Below are positions 36,650 to 50,570 of a DNA stretch of 64,000 nt, one piece after another (position 1 is the stretch's first letter; every line of letters starts with the position of its first letter). The position numbers and the translations under genes were made by a program. This stretch comes from Spizellomyces punctatus DAOM BR117 (Eukaryota), in the NCBI GenBank assembly GCA_000182565.2, contig KQ257453.1; one strand, given 5' to 3'. Under the pieces are notes generated by a model, which saw only the letters and a list, made by a program, of their open reading frames with translations, made no database searches and was not told the DNA's origin.

Positions 36650-39600
36650 CTACGTAAATACTCTGCGAGGCGCCAACTGATGCAACCCTTTAAACAAACG
36701 AGACAGCTCTTCCTCTTCCAAAAAGTGGACAGGAAAACGGACAGCATGCCCCCTCACCCTCTTCTCCAAAATCTCTTTTGCCAAAAGGTCACCGTCACTT
36801 TCATTGAGAAGAACATCACCGGTTTCGGTAGTGTCTCGAGCAAGTTCCTGGTCATCCATTAAATCTTTTACGCGGAGGGTAAGAGGTACTCCTTGCTCTT
36901 TAGCCATGTCGTTCATATGCTTTTCCATGTTTTCTTCCACTTCTCCACCGCGTGTTCGAAGGAAATCTTTGTAGTCTTTCCAATTTTTTACAGTGTCATC
37001 TGGGACGACGTGAAAGACGTGGCGCAACGTTCTGGTATTGATGTCCAATGTTGTGGTCCAAAACTCCCAGCAGGCATCAGAGACAGGGTCAAGGAGGGCG
37101 GGTTCAGTGCTGTACTCTTCTGGCTTGTGCGTTTCGTCCGCGGAATACACATCGGTCATTGCTGGAGGGAAGGGAACTCCGAGATGTTCATGAAACAGGC
37201 GGAGACGAAGTGAGTAGACAAAGTTGGAGGCGTTCGGGTAGGGATTGGATGCCATGGTCGTCGTGATACCCTTTGTGTCCGTCAAAAGAATGGCGAGTTC
37301 AGAGTCGCGGGAACCCATTTGTGAGCGATCATTGATGTTGGCGCTTCCAATGAGTGCGTAGCGGTCATCAACAAGTAGGATCTTTATTATGGTAAGTATT
37401 CTTGATTTCAGTGCGCATCAATGTGCAAGAACCTACCTTTGCATGCACATAGACCTGTTCAGTTACCAACCGATTACCCAAGACATCCCATTTTCGAAGT
37501 CCCACAAAACAGATATATTTGCCAAGTTGATCCTTGCTAATGCCTCCCTTCTCCAGCTCGTCCAATAGCCCTCGGATGCATTCCGTTTGGGCACTGAGAA
37601 CATACGGCAATGCGGGATCTGAATCGCCTTTAGTCACATCCCCGTGAAACGCAGGAAAAAGAGGTATGATAATGTAGGCCCTATATTGCTCGCCCTTCGC
37701 GTGCGCTACCAGAATACGGTGAGCCAGGGTGGATGCGATCGGGTTATGGACTCGAACACGGGAGATAGGAAGCTTTTGACCGCGGCGATTGAAATGGGGG
37801 GGCTCCTTTCCTTGTGGTGACTGGTGCTGTACATGCGGAGAAGGAGAAGAAAATTTCGTGATAAAAAACTGGTTTTCGATATAGACATAATGTTTAGAGT
37901 TGCGGATAAGGTCAATGTACGCGTTGTTGATGGATTTCTCCCGAGGAGTTCCCGCCGACCATTGCGACGCAGATCTGCATTAAGATATAAGCGACCACGT
38001 CCAGTTTGTAACCGGCAATAATAGCATGCATTTGAAAACAAAGCTATACCTCAGGATTTGTATCTGAAGAGATCCAGTTGCCTCCTCCGGCGTCTGTTGA
38101 ATTAAGCACTGACTGGGGTAAAGCCACGGAATGACATGGTCTGCTTTTTTCTTCTCCCACTACGGTAGTAACGTCCAATATAAGTACAACGTGCACGATT
38201 CGCTGTCCGATGGACATTTTCAATTCGTCTTTTGTACCTTTGCGAAATTCCATCGCTGAATAAAGTGCCAGACCAAGTCATCCACAGGGCCTTCAATGTT
38301 TTCCTCTCCAGGACGTTTACGGAATGTACATGCGATGTCGTGCCAAGGCATTCTGTAACCATAACGGTCACACACATGCAAAGTGTAATGTCATGACCAT
38401 CAGTTTCTCACCTGGCCGTATGGTCTCGTGGAATGATATCCTCAAAAGGTTTCTCGCCAAGTTTTAAGAAGTCCTTAATTCGCGGATTGCTGTAATCCTG
38501 CAGCCCAAAATGTTAAAGGGTTTACAAAAACAACTACGCTCGCAAATCATATCTCAATATCAACCAACCTGCCCAGGAAAAATGTTTGCCAGCGGCTTGG
38601 ACGGCAAATGATCTAATGCACGTTTAGGTGCATCTGCATTTTCATCCTGCCTTTCAGTCATTTTGCCCTCGGTGGGCATGAAGAGAGAGGTCGGTGGAGT
38701 GCCTGCTTGAATGTTAGTTGTGCTGATGACACCATTTCTTTCGGTTTCTGGTTTCTTGCTGTCATCTACGTTCTCAGCTGACGGGGCGATAGAGTCTTTT
38801 GCGTGCTCGCCATTGACCAAATGCAAAGCATCGTGCACAAGCGGGGAACATTCAATTGTGCCGTGTTTGTGAGATTGATGTTCATTGAGAAGATTAGAGT
38901 CCTTCTCGGATGCTTCAATCTTGTTTGATATCTCATTGCCATCTGTTCGAGGTTCAAGGTGGCCTTGACTATTGTAGACCAGATCGTCCCGCAAAGTGTG
39001 TTCTGCAGTGTCGTAGCGACCAACGCACAGGTCAATTCCGCCGATGAACGCAATTTTCCTGCCGATTGCCGTACAGCTTGATCAGGATGCTGTGTGCTAA
39101 AAGACAGTAAATGTATAATTACTTACCGATCAATGATAGCCGCCTTCTCATGGTGTGCCCACATGACCGTATCGAGAACTGGGCCGATAAACCCTCTCCC
39201 TTGATCCGGATGTCTCAATACTACGATATTACTCCTCTCCTTCAGCTCCAATTCGCCATTAGGGTCTTCCACAGCGGGATCAAGAAGATAATACGGCATT
39301 TTTCTAGCCATGAACGCCTCCTTGGCGTGTAAGGACGCGTTAGGAAGGTTCATCTCTTTGTACAAGAGAATGTAGATGCGAACGCCTTCGTTTGCTTTCT
39401 TGAAGAGAAGGCGATCAAGTCGGGTGGGCAAGTGCTCGTTATGTATGCCATCAGCACCTCGACGCAGAAAGATTTCGGGAGTTATAAACCAATCTGCTAG
39501 AAGGATCAGTACCTGCCATCCGTGACAAACCACATTCGACGATATACCTGCAATCAAGATTTCCTTTTCCGCGGACACAATTGCATCATAGACTTGCTCA

Positions 39601-41923
39601 AAGTGCGCACTTGCATCCACCATCCATTTGACGCAGTCTGCATGAGTTCCTAGGCGAACCGGCGCGAAGGAGTCATAGCGGCCAACGTCTGCCTGCACCT
39701 GCCTGAACCACGTCGTTCGCTCTCGCCGCAGTTCAAGCTGTGCTACCCATTCTCTCGCTACACGAGCCCGTCCACGTCCGCCTATTTCATAGTGGAAATC
39801 GATGAGGAGATCACGAAAGCCATTGAGGACGGCCAGTCGGTGCTTGTCCTAAGAGACGTTATGTTATTTTCGTGGTTGAAGCTGTGCATCCTGCGGCTTT
39901 AATTCTTACCTTGACCCATATTTCATTGGTGCGCTTATTGAAAGGCCTCAATACCAACGCGTTTCGTAGAGCATGATGCTGTCTGCCTCCAGGGCGCACT
40001 GATACACGATCTTCGAGATTGCCGGTGGGATCCTCATCACGTGGGTGAAAGTCCATCTGTTTACGTTGAGTATCTTTATGCAGGACCTGAAAGTACCCAT
40101 CAATTAACAACACTTCTTGGGGGGTGATATCCATTGGGGAGTAAAAGTACAATAGGTAGTTTGAACGCAGAGCCAGCCATCGCTGTTGGGACGTCCGCGG
40201 TACAAGAAAATCCGGGAAACAAAAGACCTGGACAATGAAGGTCAACAATGAGCTCAACCCTGTTGCTATATGCACGGACTCTTACATCGTTCTTTCTCCC
40301 TCCCCGCCGCTTTTTAACCCATCCCTCTTTGCCCTTCACACCGTCGTGCCACGTTCCAATCAAACTCGTCCGAGATAGCTCAATTAGCCCGCATACAATC
40401 ATTCCCCTTCTTCTCTCTTCTACAGCAGCCCAGGTTTCTCCTAGGATATTCCATGGTTCTTTAACCTCCTTCAAAACGCGTCGCAAGAACTCGACAAGCT
40501 CTTCCCCTCTTCGTTCGCCTTTTAGCAATGGCTTCGGGACTGGCCTCTTTTCTGTTGGAGTCCAATATTGTCCATTATCTTCTTCATGAACATGTTTGAC
40601 TTCATCCTCATCGCCATTGCGTGTCTTCTCAGACAATTCATCCCTTTTAATTGGGGAGATGCCGGCTCTTCTCACAAGGCGTTTTTGTATTCTTTTGAAT
40701 CGAGGGTCGTTGTTATCGGGATCTGACAGGAGCACAGAGAATCGATGAAAGTCTTTGGGGCGTATGCTGAGAGTCCAGTGCGTTCCGGTGGGCTTGTGAG
40801 TGAACTCAATTTCGTGGGCATCTTTATAATGGGGCCCCTGATGTGTTCGGAAGGAGCCATGCTTGATGTTATCCCAATCGTACCAGCGCTGTTTTAGGAA
40901 AGGTATTGTTCTAACGAGCTTGATCTGTTACAATCATGAGAAACTAATTGGAAGGCACGAAAATACACTGCAAATGGTACCTCCAAGTCCTCGAACCTCG
41001 GCTCAGGATAACCAGTATCACTAGCCGATACAAACATTCCCTCCGGGCTCTCACCCACCCTCTCCGCCTCATCGTCTGAATTTCTCCTTTCCTCCGACTT
41101 TTGAAGGCGGTGCCTTTCCCGCCATTGTTTTATCCTTTCTGCAGTTGCAGTGCGACTGAGGAAACGGAAAGGGGACCCGTCCGTGTCCATTTAATTTCAT
41201 AAAATAGGTCTCTTGGTTTTTTTGTTTTTGCACGTACGTCAGGAGTCTCAAGAATGTAATGGGGATTTTGGTGGGAGGATTTCGCATGTCGAAAGAACAC
41301 TTTTAAACTGGATCTGCTGTGGAGGCTTAGTCGAATGGGCACGTTCTCCAAAGAACTCAAGCATGACATCATTCATTTCCTTTTCGTGGCGGGAAATAAA
41401 ATGAAATGTATATGCATTGCAGTCGATTCGCTCCATTGCAGCCAGTTTATCCTGGATTAACCTTCGTGTCATCACAAATCCACAGATGCAACTGGCCCAA
41501 TTGATGATGCCCGCAATCCATATCCTCCACACCGACATCCGTCAACCATTTATCGACAAATTCTTTTCGCTTGATGACGCTCTTCCCAAAAAACATTATC
41601 CGAGCCTCCTCCTCGCTCAACTCTACAATCTTTGTTTCCATTTCAACTTGTTTCCGAACTTCCCACATCGCGCAGCGAACCAGATTGGTGACTGGCTTTT
41701 CTGCAGTTGAAATAAAAAAGGGCGTGTAGACCTGGATTATCTGCTTGGTGTCCATCGTATGTTCGATAAACCACCAGCGCACTTCTTCTTCGCTTTGCTC
41801 TTTGGTGTCAGGGGGTACTGTCCAGTGCAAAGTCCTAGTGAAATGGTTCTGGTCGGTTCCAATGACTTGGTGAATGGAAGGCATCTGCAGCGAAGCGTCT
41901 GTTTTCAGGTCCGTGGCAGGCAT
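36650..41923 (-). CDS. Phospholipase D (PLD1/Spo14 family), multi-exon
   Basis: Two HKD motifs: WAHHEKAAIID..AFIGGIDLCVGRYDT and VYVHAK|ILLVDDRYALIGSANINDRSQMGSRDSE; also RYDSFAPVR and PH-like KEGWVKKR. Start approximate. Confidence 0.92.
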
Positions 41924-44148
41924 AGCTTGCGAATCCGGGCAACAGTGCAGGGTTGTGCTGGAATTTTGTCTGGGAAGTAAATGTGAGCTGACGTGTGCTG
42001 TCACGTGAACGCACGTGTGATTATAAACAAACGGTCAAATACACATCTGGAATCCAAATCATCTACGTTCCTTCTTTGGTATACAGCCAAAACCCAATGC
42101 TTCAACCCTCTTACTAGGGCCTGTTTTCCAGCACCTTTGTTGAACACCTAACAGCAGACACCAAAACCATCGCATCCACGGTATCCAGACTTGGCAAGAA
42201 CGTTTTTGTGGATCTCTCATCAGCGCTCTCCCACCTATTGCAGCTATCGCATCGCAACCAGGACATCCGTCACATCCGTCACAGTCACATCTGCTTACAG
42301 TATCTCCAGCATCTGCAAAGTCTGCACTTGTGAAACCGCACAACTCTGCACCATAAAATACACCTCATCGTTCGATTTGCACTAGGTGCCTCCTTGCCAA
42401 CTTGCGCATCATCACCTCTCATCCTCCAGTCTCAAAGTGATGCCAAGTCTCTAACATAGCGGCACTGATTCGCGACACTATCTCATAGCTCTCTTGGTTC
42501 TTTTGGTCCTAGCAATGGCTAGGCAAAGCGTACATTCAGGGATACTCTTTTTGATCATAGTACGCATGGCGCCCTGTGACCCGAGTAACTTTCAAAATCG
42601 TATTGGTAGCAGACGCCCGATGCACCCTGTCGATGGTAGTGTGGTAATTGGTATCAATGGCTATAAGAAACGCCAGGCACTGGAGGAAGCCACGATTCTA
42701 GGCCGGATGACCAACAGCATGGTTCCTTTATCTGCTCTACAGCGCGGCTTTTCCACTGGCATTACTGGTCATCATTTGTTCTTGACACGACGGTTGATTC
42801 CATTCATGTCTGCTGCTTTCAAAGAATGCGGGCTATTAAACAGCGAATGTGCATGATAAAAAGTTAGATCAAGAGCAGAGTCGGCTACTGCTTGTCCCAA
42901 AACGAATAATCGTTACGTGACGAGGAGAATCCAATAGCCATTGTCACATAGCAAATTGCGCACTTCATGATGCCATCACTGTGCTGACAGACATTGCACG
43001 TCCGAATCTTTTTGCTTGTTGTCTTGTGGCAGGGAGATAAAGGGACATTACCGCATCTTTGGCAGTAGCATGGCATCCTCTGCTGGCACATCAAAAGTGC
43101 GTACAAGGAGAGCATCATCTTCCAGTAATATCGGCGGCCATGGTTGCATCGTGGCCATGACAGATTGATGTACGCTTTTAAATATCCACTGAGCGATTAG
43201 ATCAGTTATATTTTTCAACATTTTTTCGCTTGTTCCCTTGCCATAAAGTAATCAAAATATCATATGTCCCACATTGTTGTCACCTGATGCCATGGAAAGG
43301 ACACAAAACTCCTACCAGCCGTCCCTTATAGAAAACTAATCTCTACCAACTGTCGAACACGCCTAGCCCCACTCTGATGACAGAAAGTGACTCGCTCCGC
43401 TTTCAAGCAAAAGCCAATAACCTGTAAATGAAGTGAATGGCGAAAAGCGCAGTTCGAGAATTGAGTTGGAGCTGCAATGTCTGAACAGATAATTGCATTG
43501 CTGGGGACACAAAGCGGCTTCCGTTTAACAATTTCAATTTTTTACCATATGCAAAAGTGCATATCTTGTTAAACATGTACCACAACGAATGCCGCTATGC
43601 AAAATTCCGCTTTTCATCGCTTGCAAGGAAAATTATGGGAGAAAATAACAGCAATGGTACGAATTGCCATTCCCCACTTCAACAGTGGAAAGGTCGAGGC
43701 CTTGTGGAGAGTTGTATCTCTAACACGTGGCCGCATTTCTGTGTGACGTCCCCGTACGGCAAACGCGTTTGTTTCATGTTTCAGATGTTATATCCACAAC
43801 CACTCTCTATGTTAATATGAATTATGTAATAGAGATCATGTCACACGTTTGTTTTACACGTTTGAAGAATGGAGTTATGGCTTGAAAAGAAGATTGGGGT
43901 TGGAAACAACGGCAGCCGGGGATTTTTGTCTCAAGCGATCCTCCGTAGCGTCCTTTTTCCTTTAGCTTCTTTGTTCTTTTCCTACTTTCCAACTTGCTTG
44001 CCTCAAGGCATTTGTTGAGTTCGTCCTTAAAGTCCTTTTTTTTACTTTGGATTCTCCTTCTCGCACTTGTTGTCCGATTGCATCTTTCTTTACTTTGACG
44101 TCGGCCCCTCTTTTGTCGATTGGAGCTGCGTAGACGACAAGGAAAGAA

Positions 44149-44985
44149 ATGAGGGTTAGCTTGATCCTCAGTACGGCATTGGCACTGGTGGCCTCGCTGG
44201 CAACTGTGGATGCCCAGGTCAATCTTCCGCCGGCCGGATATCCTGGCCCCGATAGTGCTTCCTCTGTCACTGTCGCTTCCACGGATGCCACACGTACTCC
44301 TCCACCCGCTCCCCCTACGACCTCGGTCGTTATCAAATCCGCAGAAACGCTTGCCGTGGGAGGAATAGAAACCATCTCAATCAATCAAGGAACGCAGCCT
44401 CCACCGCCCCCACCGCAACAGACTCCTCCTCCTCCTCCACCACCTCCCCCTCAACAGACGAGTCCATCGCCCACAACCCCACCAGTCACTATTGCGACGA
44501 CAGCACAGGAAACGAGGACGAATGGAGGAAATCAAGTTACAGTCACCTTCCTGCCCCATGATCCAAGGACAAGAGGTGGCGAGTCAGGCGGGAACGGTGG
44601 AAACGTCCAAACAGTTACGGTTACCAGAACTGTGACGATTCAGGTCACAAATGCTGCCGTCTGCACTCAGAACACAAAGACAAAGGGCAAACACGGCCAT
44701 GGCAAAAAGTCTGGCAACGGTGGAAATGGCAAAAAGAATGGTGGAAATGACAACAAGACTGGTGGAAATGGCAATACCAATACTGGAAATGGCAGTGGAG
44801 GCATGACGCTTGTGGATGCTATTCGAGAAATATTTCAGCTAGAACCTTTGCCGAACGCAGGCCAAGGGCGAGGGAACACAAACTTTGCCAGTCCCACCCA
44901 AACCGCTCGGAAACCCCGTTCCCCAGCTGGTAAGAATCTGTCTGGATTGAATTTAACAATGTCTCCTCAGAGGGCTTACTTGTGA
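44149..44985 (+). CDS. Secreted Pro/Thr/Gly-Asn-rich low-complexity protein
   Basis: Signal peptide MRVSLILSTALALVASLATVDA; poly-Pro, TVTVTRTVT and GGN repeats; possible terminal intron at 44930. Confidence 0.7.
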   Translation: MRVSLILSTALALVASLATVDAQVNLPPAGYPGPDSASSVTVASTDATRTPPPAPPTTSVVIKSAETLAVGGIETISINQGTQPPPPPPQQTPPPPPPPPPQQTSPSPTTPPVTIATTAQETRTNGGNQVTVTFLPHDPRTRGGESGGNGGNVQTVTVTRTVTIQVTNAAVCTQNTKTKGKHGHGKKSGNGGNGKKNGGNDNKTGGNGNTNTGNGSGGMTLVDAIREIFQLEPLPNAGQGRGNTNFASPTQTARKPRSPAGKNLSGLNLTMSPQRAYL

Positions 44986-45632
44986 TTCACTCGCAATAGT
45001 TTTGTGATTCGCAAGAGGCAGCTGAATGCGCCCCAAAGTTTTGGTCATGACGCGCTATCCCCCGGAACGTATATCTATTGCAAAGAAGCAACGTGTCATA
45101 CCTTTCAAAGGACAGCGGACGTTAGAGCTTCTTTTTTGGTTCTGGATTGCGAATGAGAAAAAGTGTTTCCATTGCAATCGCATTGGATATTCAACTTGTC
45201 TGATGGGCTTTGAGGCAAAGGATCTGACACTGTAAGATATACAAGCAGGTGTAGATAAGTGGACTGGGCAGAAACGTTTCTTTTGTATTTTCGTTGTTTT
45301 TTTACTAGACCGCAGTTGTTATTTCTTTGTATAAAAAAATTGAAAGTAAACAAGATATTTTCGATAACGCCCTTTTGCAGTATGGCCTTTTGAACTGATT
45401 GCTGTGTGTGTGTTGGTGAATTGCGCAGTCACAATGACAATGGCACAGCACTTTGCCATGGCAACATGAGATCTTCGATTGGAGAAAAGGCTTGATGGAT
45501 GCGCGTTCTAACTTTCAAACGAGCTCGCTCCTTTGGTAAAAGGTGGTGTTCATCCCCACAGTGTTGCGCGTGTTTGGTTCCGCGTGGTAGTGTCGGTTTC
45601 CTTCCCTTTCATCCCGGCAGCCAATTCTCCAT

Positions 45633-48004
45633 ATGAACGGCACAATGTCAGCAGATCTTGTTGGTTCCCTCCTGTCGTCATTGTCGCTGCAAGGGGATGC
45701 CGATGGCCTCATCCCGCACTGTCCTTACGACTTTATAATTGCCGTTGACTTGGAAGCAACTTGCGACGAGAACCATGCTGACCCTAGTGCGGTGCAAGTT
45801 CCAAGGGATAAAGGGGAAATTATTGAACTATCGTATGCCGTCGTGTCGGTACCTGAGCGGAGAATAGTGCACCAAAGGCAAAACTTTGTGAGGCCAGTTG
45901 AGACGACCGTGACGGCCTATTGCACCCAACTAACAGGGATCACGCCTGAGCTGGTTGAAAACGCTGGTATACACTTTGAATTCTTAGTTGTCGCGTGTAC
46001 AAGAAATTAAGAAATTCACATTGATCATGTAGGAACCTTACGCGAGGCCGTCGAAGATCTTCTCTCCTTCATTCAAACAAACCCTCAAAGCACCTTCTGC
46101 TTCATGGCCCATGGCGAATGGGATTTCCGATTTCAACTTCCGCGGGAATGTCAGGAAAAGGCCATACCTCTTCCGCCACTCTTTAGCGTCTTTTTTGACA
46201 TCACCAAAGAGGTTCATCGTATGATCACTCTCTCTGCCGGCGTTCCACGACCAGCAAGTACTGCATCTCTCCTGAGCCTCTGCAAAGCGATGGGCCTACA
46301 ACATGAAGGACGGTTGCATAGTGGGCTGGATGATGCGGTGACGGTGGCGAGGTTGGCGATTATATTATTGCAAAGGGTACACACGTGGTTTGCTGAAAAA
46401 GGGGATGGGGCATTACCGCCTGGATTGGAGTTACCCTTGTCGATACCCATTGATCTCGGGCAGGAGATTGAGGACTTTGCGGTGGCACGATCTAGGGTTG
46501 TGCGGCTGGGTGGAGTGCCTTTCAAGGCGACACAAACGTGAGTACCTGTGGCGGCAGCACTTTCAGAGTCGTTGAAGTAGGCTGCTAACTTTTTCGCATC
46601 ATTGGACATCAAGCCAGGTATTGACATTCATTGGAGAAAGTGGTGTGGCCCCAGAATCTATGTGGATGATCAAGAATGCCGAGGGTCGATCCGACGGACG
46701 AGGATTGGTTGTGCTACATACCCATGAAGACGCAATGGCGGCATTGAGCTTGAATGGACGTGTTATGGGGGATCGCGTTGTTCAAGTCACGCCTGGTAGT
46801 GAGGTAGATCTGGAAGAGACTGCAGCGGTTCGCGGCCCCTTCTTGGTGAGTATTGTTATCATGTGAGATGCGCAGGGTGCTTTGTAATTAACTGCCTCTT
46901 GCCAGACTGATCTGGAAGCCCAGCAAGCCACACCATCTCAAGAAGTGAAGCCGGGAGACTGGTTATGTCCTACTTGCCAGTTCCACAATTTTGCGAGGTA
47001 AGTGAAGAAGAGACTGTGCGTGGTCACATTTGGATTGTTGACTGAGCGGATACCCCAACAGTCGCCGAAGCTGTTCCAAATGCCATGCAGTCAATCCATC
47101 TCCAACCCCATACGTGTCCAACCAGCCATTAAAGCCAGGTGACTGGATATGCCAAGACCCGACCTGCACATTCCAAAACTTTGCATCTAGAATGCTCTGC
47201 ATGCGGTGCCGCGGTCCTCGACCAGCGGGCATGGAATTGGCGCGTCCGAATGGGATGAACGGAACACTGGGCATTTCCTTCTTGACACCAGACGGAACAC
47301 CAGTCCAACAAAGGCCACAAGAAGTGCGACCCGGAGACTGGTTCTGTCCCAACTGCCAGTTTCACAATTTTGCCAGTCGACGCAACTGCGTCAAGTGCAG
47401 CTTGACTGTCACGCTTCCTGCACCTCCAAGATCGTTTGCTCCCAACAAGCCCGGCGATTGGGCATGCCCTAACCCCGCTTGTGGATTCCACAACTTTCAA
47501 TATCGAAATGAATGCAAAGTATGCCAAACAGTCAAACCAGCTGGAATGGAGTACCACCCTGCGATGCATATGCAGGGAGCCCGCCAGCAGCTTTCACGAC
47601 CAATGGAATTGCGCCCAGGCGACTGGCTCTGTCCCCACTGCCAAACACACAATTTCGCAAGTCGCCGTGCGTGCATGAAGTGTAATGCCTCTATGCATGT
47701 AAACGGCGGTATGGTCCGGCCGCACCACCACAAACCTAGCTCCAAAAACAACCTCCGACCCGGCGACTGGCTCTGTCCTGACCCTACCTGTGCATTCTGG
47801 AACTTTAAATCCAAAACAGCTTGCACCAGATGCGGACGGGCTAGTATTGGGGCACAGATTGTACCTGAAGGTTACAATGGCGGGACATTTGGTGCCAGGA
47901 GAGATGGGGATTGGGATTGTCCGATTCAAGAGTGTGCGTTTCACAATTTTCGGTCGAGGACCGAGTGCCACCGATGTGGGGCGATGAAGCCTGTAGAGGA
48001 GTGA
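45633..48004 (+). CDS. Nrp1/Dri1-like RNA-binding protein: DEDDh exonuclease + RRM + seven RanBP2-type zinc fingers
   Basis: VDLEATC, HGEWD, HSGLDDA (ERI1-like); RRM RLGGVPF..GRGLVVL..LNGRVMGDRVVQV; seven GDWxC..C..NF..R..C..C fingers. Confidence 0.88.
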
Positions 48005-48202
48005 TTGGTTGCGGTAGATGATACTTATACATATGCACGCATGGACCTTGTTTTTCTTTTATTCTTATATTATTGGAATGCATCCGGCAAGGGTATTTTC
48101 CACCATGAACCATACCTTGATCCAGCGAATTACGTAATGACTAGAAATGTCTCTCCCTTTGATGCACGCTTGTCATTTTTTCGAGCTAGTAAATGTATAC
48201 AA

Positions 48203-48762
48203 ATGGGGGCCAAATCCAGTAAATCCAAAAGGCAACCCACATCTGACGTACCCAAAGAAGGATCCAAGCCAGCTACCGACGCTCCAAACTTTGTGCAAAC
48301 CCCTCCCGAAAAACATCTCTCGGCGGATCCCGACACACCGCTCAAAAAATCCCTTAAAATATGGTGCAAAACGTCTGAGCAAGCTCGCACGCATCGGTTG
48401 GGGGATTTGGTGGATCTATACGATGAAATCATCAAACGGGGGGTGGTGTATAGAGCTTCATTACGGTAAACCTCTTACAATTATCTGGTTGCATTGAACA
48501 CGATCACTTTAATGATGACGATGACAGATGCGATGATGATCCAACCACAGCCGTTGACCGTCTCGAATCATCCGGACAGAGTATCATTGAGAAGTTTCTG
48601 ACGCCGGGAGGATCGAGGGATTTGACGCCCCTGCTGGGTGCCGATGGTCAATCTACTGTCACTCTATCGAGTGTGGATGGGTTTGATGAGGTGTTAAACA
48701 GAGTTGTTTGGGCGTTTGTAGAGGGCGTCAGAGGGTGTGATGTAGCGAGTAATGGACAATGA
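48203..48762 (+). CDS. Small N-myristoylation-motif protein with divergent RGS-like domain (two exons)
   Basis: MGAKSSK start; intron ~48466-48527 gives an open exon 2 ending TGA 48762; IIEKFLTPGGSRDL and FDEVLNRV resemble RGS helices. Confidence 0.6.
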
Positions 48763-48992
48763 ACAAGGAAAAACTGATTCACGAACCAGATATAAACAAT
48801 TTTTGGGAATCTATCATACAAGACTATCTATCGTACACTGAAAAACTTCTAGGAACAAAGTTGTTTGTAGTAGGAAACAATCGACCAGGGGAGGGGGGGC
48901 GGCATTTTCTAGAGTATAAAGTCCACCAAAGCAAAATCTACAAAATCTACAAATCTGATTTGTATATATGCACTATATGAAGCCAAAGGCTC

Positions 48993-50279
48993 TTATTTTT
49001 TGAGTTTTGACGTCATTCCCCTCCACACAGAGAATGAAGAAGCTCGTGTCCGTTTCCGGTCTCCTGAATCATCCGCGGTCCGGGACAACGAGACGCTTTT
49101 ACGCTCTGTAACAATGTGAGCAGCCAGTTTGACAAATACGGGGTCATCAAAATCAACTTGGAGGATGGTCCGGCAGTACTCGTGAATCATGTGGCGGATG
49201 AGCAAATGTCGGTAAAGATTGGCTTGGTTGGCGGCGGGATTGGATGATGAGAGGAGAGGGCCGGCTTGCCTGTCCAAGTAGGACATGAGGAGTAGGACTG
49301 CTGGTTGGCGACTTTCAGTGAGGTTACATTGCAATGTTCCTATATAAAATGTGTTGGTTCATATCCAAAGAAAAAAGGAAAATAAAAGGACTTGCAAAAG
49401 GAAGACTCACCAATCTCCTTCTTCATTCGTGCAAAAATGTCACTCCTTGCAAATTTCTGCCACGATCCTTCCATTAAATGGAGGGCGGCTCGCTTGGCAC
49501 TGTCAAAGCAGTCGGGGAGTGTCTCGTCCGACGACATGGCGACGACGACTTCCTTTCGAACGCGCTCATCGAGGTTGACTTCAAAGTGTGAGTTGAGATT
49601 GAGGTATGTATTATATATATGTTGTGCAGCCGACCGCTGTTGTTCCACCGTGGGAAAGACAGAGGTTGTGTAGTGTTCGACTTCAAGGAAGAAAAACTAG
49701 GGGCGCAGAGAGATCAGTCAAACATTTGTCTAGCAAACTCTTGCCTAGCTGGCAATCAGCACCTAAGGCAAGGTACGAACGCGCTTTGGAATAACTTACC
49801 AAATTTTCACAAGAGTAATCTTCTAGGAGCGAGTAAAGAAAGTAGGCGCGAGGAACTTTTGACATCAAGAGTGCCTTGAGGCCTTGCTGCTCGACTTCGG
49901 AAACGGAAATATCCAGAGGCGGCTCTGAACCAAAAAACTTTGACAGTTTCCCAAACCGAGCGGTTGTTTTCTGCCTGTATCTCCTGTGCAAGGTCTCTGC
50001 TCCAACGATAGAGCCAAACTTTCCTGGAAGAGAGGAGCGCCTGGCATCGAGGGTAGTAGGAGATGGCACATCCTGTTCGTCTAGAATCTCCATTTCTGGT
50101 TGATCAATTTGAACGACGGTGGTAGCCGAGGACAGTGAGGACATTGAGTTACGGGAACTTCGGGGAGAAGTGGGAGTCTCGCGGGCTGAACGAGGTGAGT
50201 CTTGCTGTAAAGAGAAACGCCGCTGCGTGCGATCAGTTGGGAGTGTGCATATCTTGAGCGGGAGAACAGTTGCCGCCAT
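48993..50279 (-). CDS. Regulator of G-protein signalling (RGS) domain protein
   Basis: YFLYSLLEDYSCENL|VFFLEV, AQHIYNTYLNLNSHFEVNLD, FDSAKRAALHLMEGSWQKFARS. Confidence 0.9.
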
Positions 50280-50540
50280 GTTGTTTGCAAATGCAATGTA
50301 AAGTGTTTAAGCGAGGACGACGACGACGACGACGACGATGGACCATCCAACAAATGACGCGTTCGTCAAATGGGCCTCAAAGCTCTAGAGTCTGCAAAGG
50401 GGGGGTGAGGCAAAAAGGGGGAAAAGTAGAAGATTAAATAAAAGACCGTTCGAAGGAGAAAGACAAGTTGAAATGGGGAGAGTCTTTGCAAAAAGGTGTA
50501 TCTTTTAACTTTTTTTTGTTGTTGTTTTTGTAAATGATCT

Positions 50541-50570
50541 TTCTTCTTCTTCTTCTTCTTCTTCTTCTTC
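50541..50570. repeat. (CTT)n microsatellite; (GAC)n tracts also at ~50316-50340 and ~309-327
   Basis: Read directly from the sequence. Confidence 0.9.

Noticed and set aside
42885..43118. Cys-rich ORF as a zinc-finger gene
   Set aside because: Short; CxxC spacing matches no family I recognise; no supporting exons.
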